A DNA stretch of 5,781 bases from a virus. Shown piece after piece: positions 1-3,953 of this stretch (positions within the stretch are counted from its first letter, which is position 1; every line of letters starts with the position of its first letter). The stretch lies in the IMG/VR virus record IMGVR_UViG_3300045988_010059, positions 1-5,781 of that record; one strand, given 5' to 3'. A model generated the notes under the pieces. That model did not search any database. It was not told where the DNA came from and saw nothing but the letters and a program-made list of their open reading frames with translations. The position numbers were made by a program, and so were the translations under genes.

Positions 1-55
1 CGGATGAAGAAACATTTGGCTATCAGGAAGCCTGGGCAGACTACCGGATGAAACC
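1..55. repeat. Terminal direct repeat, copy 1 (identical to 5727..5781); circular-genome assembly overlap
   Basis: cggatgaagaaacatttggctatcaggaagcctgggcagactaccggatgaaacc occurs at 1..55 and again, base for base, at 5727..5781. It lies inside one continuous reading frame. Confidence 0.9.
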
Positions 56-296
56 AAACCGTGTTTCCGGCCTTATGAGAAGCAACGCGACCGGTACGTT
101 GGACTTCTGGCATTACGCAGACGTCTACAGTACCGTGCCGACGCTCAGCCAGGAATGGATGGCGGAGGGCAAAGCAGAAATTGCACGAACGCTAATTGTG
201 CAGGATGAGCCGCAATTCTTCGGGGCCGTGCGTATCGCAAATAAGACCACAAGACGGATGCCGCTATACAGCGTGCCCGGCCTGTACAAACTGTAA
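1..296 (+). CDS. VP1: Major capsid protein VP1 (phiX174 F homologue), C-terminal end of the ORF that begins at 4343 and wraps around the circle
   Basis: Position 1 equals 5727, so the frame is continuous with 4343..5781; codon phase starts at position 3. Translation reads ...DEETFGYQEAWADYRMKPNRVSGLMRSN...PQFFGAVRIANKTTRRMPLYSVPGLYKL, with stop TAA at 294..296. The GYQEAWADYRxKPNRVSG block is a conserved C-terminal microvirus capsid motif. The 48..296 ORF in the track is only the part after an internal Met. Confidence 0.93.
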   Translation, partial: DEETFGYQEAWADYRMKPNRVSGLMRSNATGTLDFWHYADVYSTVPTLSQEWMAEGKAEIARTLIVQDEPQFFGAVRIANKTTRRMPLYSVPGLYKL

Positions 297-306
297 GAAA
301 GGAGGA

Positions 307-331
307 AGTCCGGAGAAATCCGGGCTATTTT
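307..331 (+). promoter_or_regulatory. RNA hairpin with GAAA tetraloop plus short T-run between VP1 stop and VP2 start (leaky terminator and/or SD-bridging structure)
   Basis: Pairs are 307:326, 308:325, 309:324 (G-U), 310:323, 311:322, 312:321, 313:320 and 314:319. The loop is GAAA (315..318), followed by TATTTT (326..331). GGAGG at 301..305 lies immediately 5' of the stem and the VP2 ATG is at 334. Confidence 0.45.
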
Positions 332-333
332 AA

Positions 334-1188
334 ATGGATCCATTAACAATCATGTCAATGGTTGGCGCAGGAGCTAATGCGATAGGAAGCATTGCGGGAG
401 CGGCCAAAAACCTTGGAAGCATGTTTGGCGGTTGGGGTCAGACAGGAAACAGCCAGAGCCAAGGCGGCAGTGTAAGCCAAGGCGGCGGCCATTCCGAAAG
501 CGGAAGCCAATCAGGAACGAACATTGAACAGGTGCAAAAGTGGCTGGAAGGTGCATACCAATACCAAGCAGGAGAAGCACAAAGACAAAGCCAATTTAAC
601 ACCGGCTCCATGCTTAAGCAAATGGGCTACAATACCTTGAGCGCAATCGCACAGGGCATCTATAACCACATCGAAAACACAGCGGCAATGAATTTTAACA
701 GCACCGAAGCCATGAAAAACAGAGAATGGCAGGAAAGAATGAGCTCCACAGCCTATCAGAGAGCCGTAGAGGATATGAAAAAAGCAGGGCTTAATCCAAT
801 ACTGGCATTCGCAAACGGCGGCGCAAGCACACCGGGAGGAAGTGCGGCAACGATAAGCGGCGCAAGTATGGGACTTGCAAGCAGTAGTGCACTAGGCGTA
901 AGCAGAAGTGGAGGATTTGTGCCAAACGCATACAGCAGCAGCAGTTGGAGCAAATCAGACTGGTACAACGCTGCACAAAGCTGGCAGCAAATGCTAAGTC
1001 AAACGCACCTGACACCCTATGGAATGACAAAAGCGCTAACAGAAATTGGAAAAGGCACCGACAAGGTAACCGAAGAAGCAATTGAAAAAGCAGCGCCAAA
1101 GCAGGGAAGAAAGCAAGAATTCACAAAGCCGCAAAACAAAACGGGAGATTATGGAGAAAAAAGAGAGCCAGGTGATTATTTAAAGTGA
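334..1188 (+). CDS. VP2: Minor capsid / DNA pilot protein VP2 (284 aa)
   Basis: Has a Gly/Ala-rich hydrophobic N-terminus (MDPLTIMSMVGAGANAIGSIAGAAKNLGS). Contains the block STAYQRAVEDMKKAGLNPILAF, which matches the conserved core of gokushovirus VP2 proteins. Lies directly 3' of VP1, as in gokushoviruses. Stop TGA at 1186..1188. Confidence 0.85.
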   Translation: MDPLTIMSMVGAGANAIGSIAGAAKNLGSMFGGWGQTGNSQSQGGSVSQGGGHSESGSQSGTNIEQVQKWLEGAYQYQAGEAQRQSQFNTGSMLKQMGYNTLSAIAQGIYNHIENTAAMNFNSTEAMKNREWQERMSSTAYQRAVEDMKKAGLNPILAFANGGASTPGGSAATISGASMGLASSSALGVSRSGGFVPNAYSSSSWSKSDWYNAAQSWQQMLSQTHLTPYGMTKALTEIGKGTDKVTEEAIEKAAPKQGRKQEFTKPQNKTGDYGEKREPGDYLK

Positions 1189-2207
1189 GCTGTTACAAGC
1201 CGTTAATACGGATATACAGCCCGGAAGATAGAGAAATAAGCGGGCGGGTGATGTCACTTGCCCGCTTTTCTGAGTTAGCCGGGAAAAAAATGAAATATGA
1301 AGATCTGATGTATAATCCAAAAGTAATGTTGATACCATGCGGAAAGTGCATAGGATGCAGAATCAGACAACGAGAGGACTGGACAACGCGTATAGAGCTA
1401 GAAGCGAGAACGTGGCCAAAAGAGCAAGTGTGGTTCATCACACTGACTTATGATGATGATCACGTACCGGGCATGATAGTAAAAACCGGTGAAATTATGC
1501 GTAAAGTGCAGTACGTCTGGAAGCCGGGAGAGAAAGCGCCTGAAAGCGTACAAACATTACTATATCCGGATATGCAAAAATTCTTAAAACGTCTCAGAAA
1601 GGCTTATAGGGACCAATTACGCTATTTCTGTGCGGGAGAATACGGAGAACAAACGGCAAGGCCGCACTATCACATGATTTTGTATGGATGGCAACCAACA
1701 GACCTAAAGCAAATCTATAAAATAAGACACAACGGATATTACACCAGCGAATGGATGTGCAATCTATGGGGCATGGGTCAAATACAGATAGCACAGGCAA
1801 CACCCGAAACCTATAGATATGTTGCAGGCTATGTCACAAAAAAGATGTACGAAATTGACGGCCAGAAAGCAAATATATATTATGAACTAGGCCAGCAAAA
1901 GCCATTTGCATGTATGAGCCTGAAACCGGGCCTTGGAGACGCCTATTATCAAGATCACAAGGAAGAGATATGGCAAAAAGGCTACATCCAATGTACCAAC
2001 GGGAAGCAGGCACAAATTCCGCGATACTACGAAAAAATGATGGAAGCAGAAAACCCGGAACGACTGTGGAGAATCAAAAGAAACCGACAGAAAGCAGTTA
2101 TTGAGCAAAACAGGCTCAAATACGAAAATGCAGACTATGAGAAGGACTTAAAGACGAAGGAACGAGTTATCAAAAAGTCTGTAAAGATCCAAAAGGGCGG
2201 CTTATAA
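1185..2207 (+). CDS. VP4: Replication initiation protein VP4 (HUH rolling-circle endonuclease, phiX174 A-like), 340 aa, GTG start
   Basis: RCR motifs are FITLTY (motif 1), RPHYHMILYG (HUH, motif 2) and YVAGYVTKK (two-tyrosine motif 3, compare phiX174 A YVAKYVNK). There is also a Cys cluster, CGKCIGC. GTG at 1185 overlaps the VP2 stop (GTGA) and is preceded by AGGTGA at 1170..1175. Stop TAA at 2205..2207. Confidence 0.93.
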   Translation: MSCYKPLIRIYSPEDREISGRVMSLARFSELAGKKMKYEDLMYNPKVMLIPCGKCIGCRIRQREDWTTRIELEARTWPKEQVWFITLTYDDDHVPGMIVKTGEIMRKVQYVWKPGEKAPESVQTLLYPDMQKFLKRLRKAYRDQLRYFCAGEYGEQTARPHYHMILYGWQPTDLKQIYKIRHNGYYTSEWMCNLWGMGQIQIAQATPETYRYVAGYVTKKMYEIDGQKANIYYELGQQKPFACMSLKPGLGDAYYQDHKEEIWQKGYIQCTNGKQAQIPRYYEKMMEAENPERLWRIKRNRQKAVIEQNRLKYENADYEKDLKTKERVIKKSVKIQKGGL

Positions 2208-2215
2208 GATTTTTG

Positions 2216-2263
2216 GTGTCACCTAGCCCAGTACCTATCAAGTAAGGTACTGGGCTATTGGTG
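2216..2263 (+). terminator. Long perfect stem-loop after VP4: candidate intrinsic terminator and/or ssDNA origin structure
   Basis: tagcccagtacc (2224..2235) is the exact reverse complement of ggtactgggcta (2246..2257). T2236:A2245 adds a 13th pair. After a 2-nt bulge, cacc (2220..2223) can pair with ggtg (2260..2263). The stem is followed by the interrupted T-rich stretch ttggtgtttattc. Confidence 0.5.
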
Positions 2264-2270
2264 TTTATTC

Positions 2271-2314
2271 GCACGCGCACGCGCACGCGTAGACGCGCGC
2301 ACATGCGCACGCGT
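2271..2314. repeat. GC-rich alternating purine-pyrimidine tract containing (GCACGC)x3 and two ACGCGT palindromes
   Basis: Sequence is gcacgc gcacgc gcacgc gtagac gcgcgc acatgc gcacgc gt. Strict R/Y alternation holds over 2271..2291 and 2293..2315, broken only at G2292. The tract is embedded in an otherwise AT-rich non-coding region. Confidence 0.85.
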
Positions 2315-2354
2315 AATATTATTATATAACTTGTTGTAGACGTAGTAGTAGGGC

Positions 2355-2520
2355 ATGTGGAAAAGTTGAAAAGCTACTTTTTTTAACGTAGCATCGGAAA
2401 AAAGTAATAAAAAAACAGTGTTGAAAGAATTGTGAATAAATTGTTGAATTGTTGAAACACTCTGTTGTGATAAAGTTTAACAATGTGGAAATGTTGAAAA
2501 CTATGTGGAAAGTGTTGAAA
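2355..2520 (+). repeat. Iteron array: 3 copies of ATGTGGAAA-N(1-3)-GTTGAAA plus extra GTTGAA(A)/TTGTTGAA units; protein-binding sites of unknown specificity
   Basis: Composite units are at 2355..2372 (atgtggaaaagttgaaaa), 2483..2500 (atgtggaaatgttgaaaa) and 2503..2520 (atgtggaaagtgttgaaa). GTTGAA starts at 2365, 2420, 2443, 2451, 2493 and 2514. TTGTTGAA is tandemly repeated at 2441..2456. All copies share one orientation. Confidence 0.8.
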
Positions 2521-2543
2521 GCGCCTAACGGCGAAAGTTCCAA

Positions 2544-2575
2544 TTTGTACAAAATTGCTACGCAACCTTGTACAA
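2544..2575. promoter_or_regulatory. Pair of TTGTACAA palindromes (candidate operator sites) just upstream of the -35 box
   Basis: TTTGTACAAA at 2544..2553 is a perfect 10-bp palindrome and TTGTACAA at 2568..2575 a perfect 8-bp one. Their centres are 23 bp apart. Both are followed by AA(A)TTG. Confidence 0.5.
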
Positions 2576-2583
2576 ATTGAAAC

Positions 2584-2612
2584 TTGACAATTGTAAAGAG
2601 AAATGCTATAAT
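2584..2612 (+). promoter_or_regulatory. Consensus sigma70/sigmaA-type promoter with extended -10
   Basis: TTGACA (2584..2589), a 17-nt spacer, TATAAT (2607..2612), and TG at 2604..2605 giving TGnTATAAT. Lies 25 nt upstream of the ATG at 2638, at the end of the only long non-coding region. Confidence 0.7.
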
Positions 2613-2637
2613 ATAACCAGAAAGAGAGGTAAAAACA

Positions 2638-2829
2638 ATGAAAAGCCACTACGAATACACCGAAAACAAAAAAGTAAAATGTTATCATTCAGATATTGAC
2701 GGGTCTATCTATTATCCTTATACCTACGACAAAAAATTGGGGTGCTGGACGAACCGAAGCGGCGAGCTATCCAGACAGAGAATCAACCAGCTAGAAAACG
2801 AAGATGAAAACAAAATAATGTGGATGTAA
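2638..2829 (+). CDS. Hypothetical protein, 63 aa (no recognisable family)
   Basis: First ORF after the consensus promoter. GAGAGG at 2624..2629 lies 8 nt before the ATG. Sequence is MKSHYEYTENKKVKCYHSDIDGSIYYPYTYDKKLGCWTNRSGELSRQRINQLENEDENKIMWM. No hydrophobic segment. Confidence 0.5.
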   Translation: MKSHYEYTENKKVKCYHSDIDGSIYYPYTYDKKLGCWTNRSGELSRQRINQLENEDENKIMWM

Positions 2830-2849
2830 AACAAAGGAGAATTTGCAGA

Positions 2850-3242
2850 ATGCTTAGAGTATACACAAGCGAGCAGAACAACGAGCAGGTCGGGCCACAC
2901 TTTAAAGTGAAAGAATTCGCCTGCAAAGACGGAAGCGCAATCACATTCATTGACGACTACATGGTGACAATTCTGGAACTGCTCAGAAAAGAACTGGGCA
3001 ATAAACCAATCATCATCACAAGCGGCTACAGAACACCAGCACACAACGCCAAAGTAGGAGGGGCAAAGTATAGCTATCACATGCGTGGCATGGCCGTAGA
3101 TATCCGCGTAAACGGAATATCTGCAAAAGAAGTGGCAAAAGCCCTTGACAAGATAGTAGGAAGCTGTGGTATAATCGTATACGAAAGTTGGGTACATTTC
3201 GATGTGCGCGACGGCAAAAAGTACAGAAAGGGGATGACATAA
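2850..3242 (+). CDS. Zinc peptidase, M15 family (Peptidase_M15_3 / YcbK-like cell-wall D,D- or L,D-peptidase), 130 aa; probable lysis enzyme
   Basis: Translation contains FKVKEFACKDG...PIIITSGYRTPAHNAKVGGAKYSYHMRGMAVDI...WVHFDVRDG. This is the SGYR-x4-N-x3-GG-x3-S-x-H-x2-G-x-A-x-D and W-x-H-x-D signature with H/D/H zinc ligands. ATG 2850 is preferred over the track's GTG 2820 because AAGGAG (2834..2839) lies 10 nt upstream. Stop TAA at 3240..3242. Confidence 0.85.
   Translation: MLRVYTSEQNNEQVGPHFKVKEFACKDGSAITFIDDYMVTILELLRKELGNKPIIITSGYRTPAHNAKVGGAKYSYHMRGMAVDIRVNGISAKEVAKALDKIVGSCGIIVYESWVHFDVRDGKKYRKGMT
3145..3175 (+). promoter_or_regulatory. Candidate internal promoter inside the 3' end of the peptidase gene
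   Basis: TTGACA (3145..3150), a 19-nt spacer, TATAAT (3170..3175), with TG at 3167..3168 (TGgTATAAT). Both hexamers are perfect, but the spacer is longer than the optimal 17. Confidence 0.4.
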
Positions 3243-3358
3243 TGGCATTGATTTCCATCAAGGACGTAAAGCAGGCAATCCACATCATGATGCAGATTTT
3301 GGAAAAGCTCGATGAGATTTACCATGCACTGCATGACGAAATCAAGAAGGAGGACTAA
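3242..3358 (+). CDS. Hypothetical small protein, 38 aa (below the ORF-track cutoff)
   Basis: ATG 3242 overlaps the peptidase stop (TAATG). AGGGG at 3229..3233 lies 8 nt upstream. Sequence is MALISIKDVKQAIHIMMQILEKLDEIYHALHDEIKKED, with stop TAA at 3356..3358. Predicted amphipathic helix, no transmembrane segment. Confidence 0.35.
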   Translation: MALISIKDVKQAIHIMMQILEKLDEIYHALHDEIKKED

Positions 3359-3363
3359 CCAAC

Positions 3364-3591
3364 ATGGGCCTACACAAGTCATGGAACGTAAGGGACCAGA
3401 CCAAAGAAGAGTTGCAAAACATTCTTGAAAAGAAATACAAGGAGATTGACGCAAACTTTAAACTGCTACGTAAAGTGAGCGATATTGAAACGGCAAAAAA
3501 GCTGGTAGATGAAATATGGCAGATGAAGGGCTTTGCGAACGCAATCGAACTTGAACTTATCAGAAGGGGGATTTACAATGGCACATCGTAA
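3364..3591 (+). CDS. Hypothetical protein, 75 aa (helical, charged; no recognisable family)
   Basis: GGAGG at 3349..3353 lies 10 nt before ATG 3364. Sequence is MGLHKSWNVRDQTKEELQNILEKKYKEIDANFKLLRKVSDIETAKKLVDEIWQMKGFANAIELELIRRGIYNGTS. The 3' end overlaps the next gene by 14 nt. Confidence 0.55.
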   Translation: MGLHKSWNVRDQTKEELQNILEKKYKEIDANFKLLRKVSDIETAKKLVDEIWQMKGFANAIELELIRRGIYNGTS

Positions 3592-3697
3592 GAAGATGAA
3601 CATGCGAAAGGACAAGCGCATGTTCAACGCGACCGCACGAAAAACCAAAAGTATCAACCTGAGCCAGAAGCCCCTGCGCGGTGGCATCCGGCTGTAA
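3578..3697 (+). CDS. Small basic DNA-binding/packaging protein (gokushovirus ORF8/VP8-like, functional analogue of phiX174 J), 39 aa
   Basis: Sequence is MAHRKKMNMRKDKRMFNATARKTKSINLSQKPLRGGIRL. It has an Arg/Lys-rich N-terminus, the KRxF-x-xTA block and the C-terminal RGGIRL, as in Chlamydia-phage ORF8 proteins that end in MRGGIRF. AGAAGGGGG at 3562..3570 precedes ATG 3578. Not in the ORF track because it is under 60 aa. Confidence 0.8.
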   Translation: MAHRKKMNMRKDKRMFNATARKTKSINLSQKPLRGGIRL

Positions 3698-3713
3698 AAA
3701 AAGGAGAAAAACA

Positions 3714-3953
3714 ATGGAACATCTGTACTATGGTATCTGGGACAACGTGGCAAAGTGCTATGCATGGGTCGGCGAAAGCAAAAACAACGCAACCTTTGCG
3801 CGCATGTGCAACGTGATGGCAAAGGATGAAAAAACCTTCCTGGGCCAGTCACCGGGTGACTACATCGGCTACAGGCTGGCCGCATTCAACGATGAAAGCG
3901 GCGAGTTCCACAACGACAAAGAAAAGGTGTGGGAGGGCAAGCCGCATGAATAA
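3714..3953 (+). CDS. Conserved gokushovirus small non-structural protein (VP5-like), 79 aa
   Basis: AAGGAG at 3701..3706 precedes ATG 3714; the track's GTG 3681 start lies inside the previous gene. Sequence is MEHLYYGIWDNVAKCYAWVGESKNNATFARMCNV...SPGDYIGYRLAAFNDESGEF. This fits my recollection of the Y-x-D-x2-A...A-x-R-x-F...P-x-DY-x-L...FD-x2-(S/T)G pattern of small proteins encoded between VP4 and VP3 in gokushoviruses. Confidence 0.6.
   Translation: MEHLYYGIWDNVAKCYAWVGESKNNATFARMCNVMAKDEKTFLGQSPGDYIGYRLAAFNDESGEFHNDKEKVWEGKPHE

Noticed and set aside
48-296. 82-aa + strand ORF listed as a separate gene
   Set aside because: It is in frame with, and continuous through the 55-nt terminal repeat with, the capsid ORF that starts at 4343. 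It is the C-terminus of VP1, not an independent gene.
427-522. Gly/Ser/Gln-rich low-complexity stretch in VP2 (GGWGQTGNSQSQGGSVSQGGGHSESGSQSGTN)
   Set aside because: It is not a nucleotide-level tandem repeat. Flexible low-complexity linkers are plausible in a pilot protein, so it is noted but not treated as a separate element.
125-1441. Minus-strand ORFs 125..349, 374..580, 756..968, 791..1099 and 1193..1441 (also 1594..1803 and 1887..2108)
   Set aside because: All lie antisense to VP1, VP2 or VP4. Their Leu/Cys/Phe-rich low-complexity translations are consistent with non-coding shadow frames.
1910-2104. 64-aa + strand ORF nested in VP4 in another frame
   Set aside because: It has no SD, a charged low-complexity translation and no motif. 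It is most likely a chance open frame.
2355-2520. Reading the intergenic repeats as a CRISPR array or as multiple promoters
   Set aside because: The units are 7-18 bp with irregular, very short spacers, so they are not CRISPR-like. I checked each TTGAAA as a -35 element and found no acceptable -10 hexamer 16-19 nt downstream of any of them.
2322-2688. Two minus-strand ORFs (76 aa and 101 aa) spanning the intergenic region
   Set aside because: They run through the AT-rich iteron array and the promoter. Their repetitive Phe/Asn/Ile-rich translations are simply the repeats read as codons. The region is better explained as regulatory or origin DNA.
2820-2849. GTG 2820 start for the peptidase and GTG 3681 start for the VP5-like gene, as given in the ORF track
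   Set aside because: Both lie inside the preceding genes and lack an SD. The in-frame ATGs at 2850 and 3714 each have AAGGAG 7-10 nt upstream.
2724-3248. 174-aa minus-strand ORF antisense to the peptidase (also 3016..3288 and 3077..3454 minus)
   Set aside because: Microvirus genes are all on one strand. The sense strand here encodes a protein with a clear M15 signature. The antisense translation is Cys/His/Phe-rich with no recognisable motif and no SD.
3466-3885. 139-aa minus-strand ORF
   Set aside because: It is antisense to three well-supported + strand genes (75-aa ORF, ORF8-like, VP5-like). The translation is Arg/Cys/Pro-rich low-complexity, typical of the shadow frame of a coding region.
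3826-3945. Upstream extension of the VP3 ORF (track start at 3826, 176 aa)
   Set aside because: It would overlap the VP5-like gene by 128 nt and has no SD. ATG 3946 has GGGAGGG at optimal spacing, and the extension (MKKPSWASHRVTTSATGWPHSTMKAASSTTTKKRCGRASR) looks like out-of-frame read-through.
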